From positions 347,080 to 411,079 of the forward strand of contig JACQZY010000013.1 in the NCBI GenBank assembly GCA_016213645.1: a stretch of 64,000 nucleotides of DNA, read 5' to 3'. Source of the DNA: Actinomycetota bacterium (GTDB lineage Bacteria > Actinomycetota > Thermoleophilia > Solirubrobacterales > JACPNS01). The notes under the pieces were generated by a model. It made no database searches. It was given only the letters and a program-made list of their open reading frames with translations, and was not told the origin of the DNA. Numbering within the stretch: position 1 is the first letter of the stretch; each line of letters starts with the position of its first letter. Positions 20,012-31,032 of this stretch are shown piece after piece. A program made the translations under genes and the position numbers.

Positions 20012-21115
20012 ATGAAGATCCTGACGATCATCGGAAACCGTCCCCAGTTCGTGAAGCTGGCCGCCGTCAGCCCGTTGTTGCGTGAGCGCAACGAAGAGGT
20101 GCTCGTTCACACCGGGCAGCATCACGATCACGAACTCTCGCGGGTCTTTTTCGACGAACTCAACCTACCGGAGCCGGACGTGATGCTGGGCGTGGCAGGG
20201 GGCAGCAACAGTTCGCAGACCAGTCGCATGATCGCAGGGCTGGAGCCGCTTCTACTTGAGCACGATCCCGATCTTGTGCTCGTCTATGGAGACACGAACT
20301 CCACGCTCGCCGGCGCTCTCGTCGCCGTCCAGGCGGGCGTACCGCTTGCTCATGTGGAGGCCGGGCTGCGGTCGTTCGACCGCGCGATGCCGGAGGAGGT
20401 CAACCGTGTGGTCTGTGACGCGCTGGCTTCGCTGCTGCTTGTGCCGGGGGCGAACGCCGCCGCCAATCTGGCTCGCGAGGGGGCGATCGGGCAAGTGGTG
20501 GAGACCGGCGACGTGATGGGCGACGTCGTTCGGCGACTGAACTCCGGAGTCGATCGTTCGGCGGTCTGCGTCCGATACGGCGTTGAACCGGACGGTTTCC
20601 TGTTCTTGACCGCGCATCGGGCAGGCAACGTGGACGATCCCGACAGACTGCGATCGCTGGTCGAACTGATCGAGTCGCTGGAGCTGCCGGTCGTGTTCGC
20701 TTTGCATCCCCGGACCCGACTGCGTCTCACCGAACACGGTCTGTTGTCGCGGCTGGAGGCGTTGCCGGGCGTGCGGATGCAGCCGCCACTCGGATACGGC
20801 GAGACGATCGCTCTGGCGGGAGCGGCTCGCGCCGTGCTAACCGATTCCGGCGGATTGCAAAAGGAGTCCGTGTGGCTGGGCACGCAGTGCCTCACGCTAC
20901 GGCCTTCGACCGAATGGATAGAGACCGTTGAATGCGGCTGGAACACACTCGTGGATCTGGACGTCGAACGCGTGGCCGACGCGCTGGCCTCCGGCCCCCC
21001 GCCCGGTGATCCGCCGGTGCTCTACGGAGCCGGTTCGGCCGGAGCGGCGGTCGTTGCGGCGATCGAGAATTACACGGCGGTGGCGCGTGGCCCATGGGTA
21101 GAGTCAGCGTCATGA
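20012..21115 (+). CDS. wecB: UDP-N-acetylglucosamine 2-epimerase, non-hydrolysing (WecB/WbpI-like)
   Basis: GNRPQFVK, HTGQH, GDTNST, HVEAGLRS, PEEVNR, TDSGGLQKE. Confidence 0.92.
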   Translation: MKILTIIGNRPQFVKLAAVSPLLRERNEEVLVHTGQHHDHELSRVFFDELNLPEPDVMLGVAGGSNSSQTSRMIAGLEPLLLEHDPDLVLVYGDTNSTLAGALVAVQAGVPLAHVEAGLRSFDRAMPEEVNRVVCDALASLLLVPGANAAANLAREGAIGQVVETGDVMGDVVRRLNSGVDRSAVCVRYGVEPDGFLFLTAHRAGNVDDPDRLRSLVELIESLELPVVFALHPRTRLRLTEHGLLSRLEALPGVRMQPPLGYGETIALAGAARAVLTDSGGLQKESVWLGTQCLTLRPSTEWIETVECGWNTLVDLDVERVADALASGPPPGDPPVLYGAGSAGAAVVAAIENYTAVARGPWVESAS

Positions 21116-22359
21116 AGGTCGCCGTTATAGGTCTTGGCTACGTGGGACTTCCGCTTGTGGTTGCGTTTGCCGACGCCGGTCACGAGGTGATCGGCTTGGA
21201 CGTGGACGCTGCCAAGCTGGCGGCGCTACGGGAGCAGCGTTCCTACATCGAGGACGTTCCGGACGCGGCGATCGGCCGCATCGCCGACGCCGCAACCTGG
21301 ACCAGCGACTACGCGGAGCTGTCGGCGGCCGACGCGGTCGTGATCGCCGTGCCTACCCCGCTGACGCCAAACCGCGAGCCGGACCTCGGCGCACTGGTCA
21401 GCGCGGCCGGCGCCCTGGCGCGGGTGCTGCGCGAAGGGCAGCTCGTCGTACTTGAATCCACCACTTATCCGGGCACCACGCGCGAGCGGCTGGTGCCGAT
21501 GCTGGAGGAGTCCGGACTTAAAGCGGGCGATGACTTCTTCGTCGCGTTTTCGCCCGAGCGCATCGATCCGGGCCGTACCGATTTCACGATGCGCAACACG
21601 CCGAAGGTGGTGGGCGGCGACGGCCCGGAAGCCGCCGCGCGCGCGAAGGATCTGTACGAGACGATCTGCGACACGGTCGTGGAGGTCTCGGCGCCCGAGG
21701 CGGCCGAGATGACCAAGCTGCTCGAGAACATCTTCCGCGCCGTCAACATCGCGCTGGTCAACGAGATCGCCGTGATCTGCGATCGCATGGGGATCGACGT
21801 CTGGGAGGTCGTGGAAGCGGCCGACACAAAGCCCTACGGCTTCATGAGCTTCAAGCCGGGCCCGGGACTGGGCGGCCATTGTCTGCCCGTCGATCCGTTC
21901 TATCTCACCTGGAAGGCTCGCGAGTACGGGGTCGGCGCGGAGTTCGTGGAGCTCGCCGGACGCATCCACCAGCAGATGCCGCGCTTCTGCGCGCGCCGCG
22001 CGGTGGAGCTGCTCAACCGCAACGGCGTGGCCACTTCCAACGCGGAGGTCGCGGTACTCGGCGTGTCGTACAAGCCGGACGTGGGCGACATTCGTGAGGC
22101 GCCCGCGCTCTCGATCATGCGCCAGCTGAGCGACCTTGGCGCCAAGATTTCCTATCACGACCCTCACGTCGAGTCGCTGCCGGCCTTCGGCCTGCGAAGC
22201 GAGCCGCTGGAGGATCTGCTGCCACGCGCCGACCTGGTCGTGATCGTGACCGCCCACAGCGGCGTGGACTACGCCGAGGTCGTCGAACGCTCTCGCCAAG
22301 TGCTGGACTTTCGCGGCGTCACGCGGGGTATCGAAGCCAAGAACGTGGCACGCCTGTGA
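21112..22359 (+). CDS. UDP-sugar 6-dehydrogenase (WbpA/WecC-like)
   Basis: GLGYVGLP, ESTTYPGTT, SPERIDPG, GPGLGGHCLPVDP. Confidence 0.92.
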   Translation: MKVAVIGLGYVGLPLVVAFADAGHEVIGLDVDAAKLAALREQRSYIEDVPDAAIGRIADAATWTSDYAELSAADAVVIAVPTPLTPNREPDLGALVSAAGALARVLREGQLVVLESTTYPGTTRERLVPMLEESGLKAGDDFFVAFSPERIDPGRTDFTMRNTPKVVGGDGPEAAARAKDLYETICDTVVEVSAPEAAEMTKLLENIFRAVNIALVNEIAVICDRMGIDVWEVVEAADTKPYGFMSFKPGPGLGGHCLPVDPFYLTWKAREYGVGAEFVELAGRIHQQMPRFCARRAVELLNRNGVATSNAEVAVLGVSYKPDVGDIREAPALSIMRQLSDLGAKISYHDPHVESLPAFGLRSEPLEDLLPRADLVVIVTAHSGVDYAEVVERSRQVLDFRGVTRGIEAKNVARL

Positions 22360-23411
22360 ACGCGGCGGCGCCATCTCAACGCGTCCGCGTGGGCGTGGTC
22401 GGACTGGGTTACTGGGGTCCCAACCTCGCCCGCAATTTCGACGCGCTTCCCGACGCAGAGGTCACTTGGCTGTGCGACGCCAACTCCACCGCGCTGGAAC
22501 GGCATGCGCTCAATCACCGCCAGGCGCGCACGACCGCCGACCTGGACGACCTGCTCGGCGACAAATCGCTCGACGCCGTGGTGATCGCCACGCACGTGCC
22601 GTCACACGCGGCGCTCGCCACGCGGGTGCTGGAGGCGGGCAAGCACGTTTTCGTTGAAAAACCGCTCGGCGCCACGCTTGCCGAGACGGAACGGCTCGCC
22701 GAACTCGCGGACCGTTCGCCGGGGGTGCTGATGGTGGGGCATCTGCTCGAATACCACCCGGGAATCGAGCGTCTGCGCGAACTGGTCGCGGGCGGTGACC
22801 TCGGCGAGATCCGTTACGTCTATTGCATGCGCGTAAACCTCGGCAAGTTGCGTACCGACGAAAACGCCTTGCTGAGTCTTGGTCCGCACGACATCTCGGT
22901 CGCGCTGTCGCTTGTGGGTGAGACACCGAGCGAAGTCTGGGCGCGCGGTGAGTCGTATGTGAACCCGGGCGTTGAAGACGTTGTGTTTGGCTACCTGCGC
23001 TTCCCGTCGGGCATCGCGGCACACCTGCACGTGTCGTGGCTCGATCCGCACAAGGAGCGTCGCATCACGGTCGTCGGCAGCGAGCGGATGGCCACGTTTG
23101 ACGACATGAAGATCGAGGGCAAGCTCTCGGTGTACGACAAGGGCTTCGACCAGAAATTCGAATCGCACAGCGAGTACATGGCGCGTTCCGGCGATATCTG
23201 GCAGCCGCACATTTCAAACGAGGAGCCGTTGCGGGTGGAGTGCCGCCACTTCATCGAGTGCGTCTGCGACGGACGCGCGCCGCGCACCGACCAGCACTCC
23301 GGGCTGCGCGTCGTGCGCGTGCTCGAAGGCTTGCAGAATTCCCTGCGTGAGCGCCGCGAAGCCGGTGGGTCAGCCGCCGCTCAAGCCGCCGGAGATCCCG
23401 TAGGTGCCTGA
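22356..23411 (+). CDS. Gfo/Idh/MocA oxidoreductase (WbpB-like sugar 3-dehydrogenase)
   Basis: VGLGYWG, GKHVFVEKP, PHDIS; coupled to the dehydrogenase gene. Confidence 0.88.
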   Translation: MNAAAPSQRVRVGVVGLGYWGPNLARNFDALPDAEVTWLCDANSTALERHALNHRQARTTADLDDLLGDKSLDAVVIATHVPSHAALATRVLEAGKHVFVEKPLGATLAETERLAELADRSPGVLMVGHLLEYHPGIERLRELVAGGDLGEIRYVYCMRVNLGKLRTDENALLSLGPHDISVALSLVGETPSEVWARGESYVNPGVEDVVFGYLRFPSGIAAHLHVSWLDPHKERRITVVGSERMATFDDMKIEGKLSVYDKGFDQKFESHSEYMARSGDIWQPHISNEEPLRVECRHFIECVCDGRAPRTDQHSGLRVVRVLEGLQNSLRERREAGGSAAAQAAGDPVGA

Positions 23412-24099
23412 ACTCGCGCATGGAGCGTTTGTTTCCGCGGACGCGCGAATTGGCGAGGGCGTCAGCATCGGCGTGGGAGCGGTGGTTCACGCGGGCAGCG
23501 TGATCGGCGACGGCTGCGTCTTGCAGGATGGCTGCATCGTGGGCAAGTCGCCGGCGCTTGGTGCGCGTTCTACCGTTTCCGCCACCGCCGACGAGGGCGC
23601 CACCGCCGACGAGGGCGCGATCTTGGCCGCCGGTGTGAAGCTGTGCGCGGGAGCGATCATCTTCGGCGGCGCGCGGCTTGCCACCGGCGTAGTGATCGGT
23701 GATCGCGCGATTGTCCGCGAACGCGTCACGGTGGGCGAGGATTCGCTGGTCGGCGCGACCGCGGTGATCGAGAATGACACCACGATCGGCGCGCGAGTGA
23801 AGATCCAGACCGCCGCGAACATCACCGCCTTCGTGACGGTGGAGGACGACGTGTTCATCGCTCCCGGCGTGCTGACCACAAACGATAATTCCGCCGGCCG
23901 GGAGCCTCAAAAAGCCAATATTGGCCCGACACTACGGCGCGGTTGCAGGATCGGCGCGGGCGCGATTCTGCTTCCGGAAGTTGAGATCGGCGAGCAGGCG
24001 TTCGTGGCCGCGGGCGCGGTTGTGACGCGTTCCGTCGCCCCTCGGACGCTCGTGATGGGCAACCCCGCCCGCGAGGCGCGCGCAATCGCCGAGGCGTAA
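23404..24099 (+). CDS. Hexapeptide-repeat N-acetyltransferase (WbpD-like)
   Basis: Left-handed beta-helix repeats, EDDVFIAPGV.TTND, VMGNPAR; 18-bp tandem duplication at 23581-23616. Confidence 0.88.
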   Translation: MPELAHGAFVSADARIGEGVSIGVGAVVHAGSVIGDGCVLQDGCIVGKSPALGARSTVSATADEGATADEGAILAAGVKLCAGAIIFGGARLATGVVIGDRAIVRERVTVGEDSLVGATAVIENDTTIGARVKIQTAANITAFVTVEDDVFIAPGVLTTNDNSAGREPQKANIGPTLRRGCRIGAGAILLPEVEIGEQAFVAAGAVVTRSVAPRTLVMGNPAREARAIAEA

Positions 24100-24112
24100 T
24101 CTTCGATTCGAT

Positions 24113-24139
24113 TGAAGTTCCGCGCCTGCCTGCCGATAC
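24113..24139 (+). promoter_or_regulatory. Sigma28-like promoter
   Basis: TGAA-N15-GCCGATAC, 33 nt upstream of the 1432-aa RDD gene. Confidence 0.55.
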
Positions 24140-24172
24140 AAAGCGCGTTACCGCAATCGTTGAGGTGGTTCT

Positions 24173-27100
24173 ATGCCAGACGATCAGTCTTCGCCTGGGT
24201 CTCCGCAGGACCCGGCAAACGCCCATTCCACAGATCAGGCACCACCGGCCGGCGAGCCGGAGGCGACTCTGAAGCCGATCGGCGCGTCCACTCCCGGCCA
24301 GTGGCCGGAGGCGCCCGATGACCCGGCGATCGAACTTCCGGGCGGTGGTCAATATCCCGACGACATATTCGGTGTCGCCACCGGCGACGAGACGCCCGTG
24401 TCATTTCCCGGAGACGCGATCGCCGGAGGTTTGGCAGATGTCGAGTACGCGCAACCCGGCGAAACGATGGCGCCGCTGCCACCACCGGCAGAGCTGCAGG
24501 ACCTGGCTGACGTCTCAATCGACCCGCTGCCGGTAGCCGACGACACACCGGTCACACCGATTGCCGACGCGGGCGGCGACATGTTTTCAGTCGATGACCT
24601 GATGGACGAACCCGCTTCGGCGCCGGCCGGGGGCGACATGTTCTCGGTTGACGAACTGATGGACGAACCCGCCGCCGAGGCGCCCGCGCAGGCGCAGACC
24701 CCGGCTCCATTGCAGGCCCCGGAGCCCCTGGCGATGCCGGACGCCGTCTTCGAACCGCCGCCGGTTCAGCAGCCGGAGTACGACGCGACGATCACGCCCG
24801 AGCCGCTTGGCGTCCCCGAATCGCTCGACGTCCCCGAATCGCTTGGCGTCCCCGAACCGCTCGACGTCCCCGAACCGCTTGCGATGGAACCGCCGGCCGC
24901 CGAACCGCCGGCCGCGGTCGAGCCGCTTGCCGTGGAGCCGTTGGTCGCGCCGGAACCGGGATTGGTATTCGAACAACCGGTCGAACAGCCGCTCGCATCC
25001 GAACCCGCGCCTGCCGCGGATCAGACCGTGCTCGGGCCTCATGGGATTACAGACAATCAAGCCGCGATGGCCGCCACCGACTTCGGTTTCGCGGACCCGT
25101 CCGCCGCGGCGCCTCAGCCGCAGGGCGGCATCGAGGAGGCCATTTTCGATCCGGTCGTAGAACCATTCACCGGAGACCAGAACGCGCCCGCACCTGCTCC
25201 GGCATTCGAACCGATGGCGGCAGAAACGCCAGAACCGCTCGCCGCACCCGCTGTTGAGCCGCTGGCGGTCGAGCCGATGATGGACGACCCACTGACGGCC
25301 GAGCCGGCGATCGACGAATTCGCCGCCGAACCCCAGTTTGCGGACGCCGCGCCACCCGAACTCGCGCAGCCGGAACCGCCCTCGGTCGTCAATCCGTACG
25401 CGCAGGAGTCCGACGAAGCCGAGGTCATCGATCCGGCGATGTCGGCGAGCGCGGCTTTCAACACTGCGCCGGAGCCGGTTGAGGCCGCGGACGCGCCCGC
25501 AATCGTCAATCCGTACGCCCAAGCTTCCGACGAAGCCGCTGTAATCGACCCGGCGATGTCGTTTGCGAATTCGTCCACCACCGACGCGTTCGACGATCCG
25601 GTTGCCGCGACCCAGGAGGAGGATCCGTTCGTCCAGCCCACCGCCGACGATGTCTTTTCGGCCGCGCCCGGGTACGAGTCGGCTGAACCCACGGGGGCGT
25701 ATCCGACCGAACCGATGGTGGACCAATCGATGCCGCCGGCTTACGGATCGGCGATGTACGGCGACGCCTACGCCACACCTTTGCCCGCGACCGACCGTAC
25801 GGTCAGCGTCGCACCGCCCGGCATGGAAGCGATGGCTCCAACCGAACTTGTGGTTGCCGGTTCAAAGAAGTCCGCCGGCAAGTCGTCGCGTGGTCGCCAA
25901 AAGAGCGGTTCGAAGGGCAAGTCCGGTAAGAGCAAGTTCGGCCGCGCCAAGCAGTCCGCGTCAGAGGCCGCCGAGGCCGACGCGCTGGCACAGGCCGCAG
26001 CGTTGGCGCAAGCCGGCGCGCCGGCGCAAGCCGCACCGCCCGTTCAGGCCGCGCCGATGCCCGGTATGCCCGCGACCGGCTACGAAAACCTGCCCGCTCC
26101 GGACGGTCAGTTCGCGCCGCCGCCGATGACCGATCCTTACGCCGCTCCCGCTGCGTTTGAACAGCCGGTCGCCGACGCGGGTGTGTTCGCGCCACCGCCA
26201 GCCGCTCCCGCCGAGTACCCGCCGCCGCCCTTCCCGGACGCGCAGGCGACACCCGCCGCCGAAGACGTTGCCGCGATGCACGCGGCCGCTCAGCTTGCGG
26301 CGGCTGCCGCTCAGGCGGCCGACGAACCGGCCGCGGGCAAGGCGAAGCGTGGACTCAAGCTCAAGTCTTCCAAGCAATCCAAACCGACCTCCGGCAAGAC
26401 GCCCAAGGCGGCCAAACAGAAGAAGGCCGCGAAGGAGCCCAAGACCGCCAAGCAGGGCAAGTCGTTTGCCGACGTACTGCTCGGCGCGGTGGAGCCCGGT
26501 CAGCGTCACAAGCTCTTCGGCATTCCGATCGGCAAGCCCGCGCCGATGCCCGGCGAAAGTCTGGACGATGGCACGGCGATGCCGGCGGCCGGACAGGTAT
26601 CCACAGAGCCCGCGGCCCCGCAGTTGCCGGTGGAACCGGCGCAGCAGGCGTTTCCGCCCGAGGGCTATCCCCCGGCTCCGGCGATTGACGCTCCCGCACC
26701 CGTCGGTTACGCGGAGCCTTCCGCCCCCGTCGGCTTCCCGGAGTCGCCGGCTCCCGTCGTCGCGCCGCCGGCAGCATTTGCACCGCCGCCCGTTGAAGGC
26801 GCACCTGCTGCCGATGGATACGCCATGCCACCGGCGGCCGCTCAACCTCCCGCGGGATGGAGCGGAGTTCCCGCTGCGCCCCCCGTCGCCGACGAAGCCG
26901 GTGCAGGCGCCGAGGTGATCGAGTCCGTGGAAGCCACGGCGCACGCGCGTGGCAAGGGCAAGCGTGGCTTGACCAAGAAAGCCTCCAAGCAGCCGAAGGT
27001 GAAGGCCAACAAGGCGCCAAAGGCGGCCAAGCAGAAGAAGGCCGCGAAGGAGCCCAAGGCCGCCAAGCAGGGCAAGTCGTTTGCCGACGTACTGCTCGGC

Positions 27101-28471
27101 GCGGTGGAGCCCGGTCAGCGTCACAAGCTCTTCGGCATTCCGATCGGCAAGCCCGCGCCGATGCCCGGCGAAAGTCTGGACGATGGCGCGGCGATGCCGG
27201 CGGCCGGACAGGTATCGACAGAGCCCGCGGCCCCGCCGTTGCCGGTGGAACCGGCGCAGCAGGCGTTTACGCCCGAGAACTACGCCCCCGCTCCCCCCGC
27301 TGACGCGCCGCCGCAGCCGCCCGCCGCCTGGCCGCCGCCGCAACAGAGTGCTCCGCCCGCCGCGCCTGAGCCACCGCCACCGCCCGTCGCGCCACCGGCG
27401 CCGTCGGACGATCACGCGGCGACTTACGCACCGGCCGCCGCGGCACCGTACGCGTATCCCGAAACGCCGGCTACGCCTCCGGCAGTGGCGCAACCGGTCG
27501 CGCCCGCGGACGCAATGGTCGCCCACGCGCCGATCTCGCCGGAATCACCGCAATTCCAGCCTTCGGCGCAGCCTGAACCCAGTGGATTTCCAGCACCATC
27601 GGCGGACCAGTTCCCCGCCGCACCGGCTGACCCGTACCAGTCCCCTCCGGCCGATCAGTTCTCGGCTGCACCAGCCGACCCCTATCAGGCCCCTTCGGCT
27701 GACCCGTACCAGTCCCCTCCGGCGGACCAGTTCCCGGCCCCTCCGGCATTTGAGACCTCACCCGCTCCCGCTTACGCTCCGGCAGCGACGGAAGCGGTCG
27801 GCGCAAACGTGGCGACGATGCAGTCGGCTCCGTCATATCTCGGCGGAGCGGCGCATACTCAGTCAGCATTCCCGGGCGGCTACTCGCCGGACTATCCCGC
27901 CGCCGCGACAGCCGGCTCCGCCGCGCTGGCAGCACAGCCCGTACCTGCCGCCGAAGCCGTTCCCGGACTTGATCCAAACGCCGATCCATCGGCGGTGGTG
28001 GAGCTCACACCAGGCGCCGCGCCCGTCTACCGGCTTGCCACCTGGCGGCAGCGTGTGTTCGCGCAACTGCTCGACAGCGTGATTGTGATCGGACTTGCGT
28101 ATCTGCTGATGAAGGTTCTCGGTGTCAACAGCGCCGATCCCGAGCAGGTACTGACGGTCGCGGGCGTCAAGGCTACGCAGGTTGGCCTGGCGATCATCGC
28201 GATAACCATCTACCAAGCTGGTCTGGTGGCATACAACCGCGGCCAGACAATCGGTAAGAAGCTGATGAAGATCCGTGTCATGCGGGCCGACGGCAAGCGG
28301 ATGGACTTGGTGTTCGGCATGGCTCGTGAAACGCTGCTGAAGGGCGTGCTCATATCGATCACGCTGGGAATCTTCGGGATCGTGGACGCGATCTGGCCGC
28401 TGATCGACAAGCAGGGTCGAGCGCTTCACGACATCGTCGTTAAATCGCGCGTGATTGATGTCAGCAAGTAG
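24173..28471 (+). CDS. Very large Pro/Ala/acidic disordered protein with C-terminal RDD domain
   Basis: 1432-aa ORF; C-terminal ATWRQRVFAQLLD, GQTIGK, RALHDIVVKSRV. Confidence 0.85.
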   Translation: MPDDQSSPGSPQDPANAHSTDQAPPAGEPEATLKPIGASTPGQWPEAPDDPAIELPGGGQYPDDIFGVATGDETPVSFPGDAIAGGLADVEYAQPGETMAPLPPPAELQDLADVSIDPLPVADDTPVTPIADAGGDMFSVDDLMDEPASAPAGGDMFSVDELMDEPAAEAPAQAQTPAPLQAPEPLAMPDAVFEPPPVQQPEYDATITPEPLGVPESLDVPESLGVPEPLDVPEPLAMEPPAAEPPAAVEPLAVEPLVAPEPGLVFEQPVEQPLASEPAPAADQTVLGPHGITDNQAAMAATDFGFADPSAAAPQPQGGIEEAIFDPVVEPFTGDQNAPAPAPAFEPMAAETPEPLAAPAVEPLAVEPMMDDPLTAEPAIDEFAAEPQFADAAPPELAQPEPPSVVNPYAQESDEAEVIDPAMSASAAFNTAPEPVEAADAPAIVNPYAQASDEAAVIDPAMSFANSSTTDAFDDPVAATQEEDPFVQPTADDVFSAAPGYESAEPTGAYPTEPMVDQSMPPAYGSAMYGDAYATPLPATDRTVSVAPPGMEAMAPTELVVAGSKKSAGKSSRGRQKSGSKGKSGKSKFGRAKQSASEAAEADALAQAAALAQAGAPAQAAPPVQAAPMPGMPATGYENLPAPDGQFAPPPMTDPYAAPAAFEQPVADAGVFAPPPAAPAEYPPPPFPDAQATPAAEDVAAMHAAAQLAAAAAQAADEPAAGKAKRGLKLKSSKQSKPTSGKTPKAAKQKKAAKEPKTAKQGKSFADVLLGAVEPGQRHKLFGIPIGKPAPMPGESLDDGTAMPAAGQVSTEPAAPQLPVEPAQQAFPPEGYPPAPAIDAPAPVGYAEPSAPVGFPESPAPVVAPPAAFAPPPVEGAPAADGYAMPPAAAQPPAGWSGVPAAPPVADEAGAGAEVIESVEATAHARGKGKRGLTKKASKQPKVKANKAPKAAKQKKAAKEPKAAKQGKSFADVLLGAVEPGQRHKLFGIPIGKPAPMPGESLDDGAAMPAAGQVSTEPAAPPLPVEPAQQAFTPENYAPAPPADAPPQPPAAWPPPQQSAPPAAPEPPPPPVAPPAPSDDHAATYAPAAAAPYAYPETPATPPAVAQPVAPADAMVAHAPISPESPQFQPSAQPEPSGFPAPSADQFPAAPADPYQSPPADQFSAAPADPYQAPSADPYQSPPADQFPAPPAFETSPAPAYAPAATEAVGANVATMQSAPSYLGGAAHTQSAFPGGYSPDYPAAATAGSAALAAQPVPAAEAVPGLDPNADPSAVVELTPGAAPVYRLATWRQRVFAQLLDSVIVIGLAYLLMKVLGVNSADPEQVLTVAGVKATQVGLAIIAITIYQAGLVAYNRGQTIGKKLMKIRVMRADGKRMDLVFGMARETLLKGVLISITLGIFGIVDAIWPLIDKQGRALHDIVVKSRVIDVSK
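26405..27277 (+). repeat. Intragenic ~258-bp direct duplication
   Basis: 26405-26662 and 27020-27277 (offset 615 bp) differ at about 6 positions. Confidence 0.9.
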
Positions 28472-28534
28472 CGCAGCGATCGCGGCCGCCCGGACGACGC
28501 GGCTTTCCCCTTCGCCCGTCACTATGCTGGCGAC

Positions 28535-29647
28535 ATGAATTGGCAGCCGCCTGCAGGCCCGGGACCAGGGCAATGGCCGCCCCAGGCAGCGCCCGTTCCG
28601 GCGGGCTACGCCCCGGCGGGACCCGTATATGAACTTTCCGGCTGGTGGCGCCGCGTCGGCGCGGTCTTCATCGACGGAATAATCGTCGGAGTGATCGCGG
28701 GCATTCTCGCGGTCCCGCTCGGAGGATGGCAACGGGCCGACTACTACGCCGATAGTGGAAACACCAGCTTCAATTTCCAGTTGAACGGCATCGGCATGCT
28801 GATTTGGCTGGTGGTGTTCGTCGTTGTCGTACCGTTGGTGATGTCGCGCAACAACGGTCGCACGATCGGCAAGATGGCGACCGGCATCCGGGTGGTGCGC
28901 GAAGACGGCCGCGATGTCGACTTTGGTTTTGCGCTGTTTCGTGAGCTGGTGATCAAGGAGCTGCTGTTCCAGGTTGTCGCGATTATCACCCTGGGCATTG
29001 CGACTTTGCTCAACTACCTCTGGCCGCTCTGGGATTCGCAGCACTGCGCGCTGCACGACAAAATCGTGAAGTCGCGTGTTGTGCGCATGGAGGCGTCGGG
29101 CGCCGCCGCCGCCGTGTGGCCGCAACCGGCCGCCTATGGCGCACCACCGATGCAGCCAATGGGTGGCGTCCCGGCGGCGCCGTATCCACCCGCTGATCCG
29201 TTCGCCCAGCCCGCGCCGCCGCCTCCCGATCCCTTTGCCCGGCCCGCGGCGCCCGCTCCGGACCCGTTCGCTCAGCCGCTCCCGCCCCATTCTCCAGCGC
29301 CGCCTCCAGCGCCTCCTCCTCCGGCGCCCGCCTCTCCCGCTCAGCCCACCGCACCGCCGATGGCACCGCCCGCGGCACCAGCACCGCCCACCGCACCGCC
29401 CGTGGCTCCTCAGCCGCCCGCGCCACCGGCCGCACCACCCATGGCACCGCCGCCTCCCTCACCTGCTCCGCCCGCCGTTCCGCCACCGGTACCGCCGCCA
29501 CCCGCCGTTCCGCCTCAGCAGGCCCCCATGCAGCCACCGCCGATGGCTCCACCGCAACCACCACCTCCGCAACCACCACCGGCGAGCCCGCCGCAGTACC
29601 AGCCGCCGCCCGGTTTCGAGAATCCGGTTCCAGAGTCCGACGACTGA
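28535..29647 (+). CDS. RDD family membrane protein with Pro-rich tail
   Basis: GWWRRVGAVFID, GRTIGK, LHDKIVKSRVV. Confidence 0.9.
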   Translation: MNWQPPAGPGPGQWPPQAAPVPAGYAPAGPVYELSGWWRRVGAVFIDGIIVGVIAGILAVPLGGWQRADYYADSGNTSFNFQLNGIGMLIWLVVFVVVVPLVMSRNNGRTIGKMATGIRVVREDGRDVDFGFALFRELVIKELLFQVVAIITLGIATLLNYLWPLWDSQHCALHDKIVKSRVVRMEASGAAAAVWPQPAAYGAPPMQPMGGVPAAPYPPADPFAQPAPPPPDPFARPAAPAPDPFAQPLPPHSPAPPPAPPPPAPASPAQPTAPPMAPPAAPAPPTAPPVAPQPPAPPAAPPMAPPPPSPAPPAVPPPVPPPPAVPPQQAPMQPPPMAPPQPPPPQPPPASPPQYQPPPGFENPVPESDD

Positions 29648-29685
29648 GCGGACGCGCGGTCTGCCCGCGCTGCCGAATCAGTCGT

Positions 29686-31032
<1,347 letters not shown>

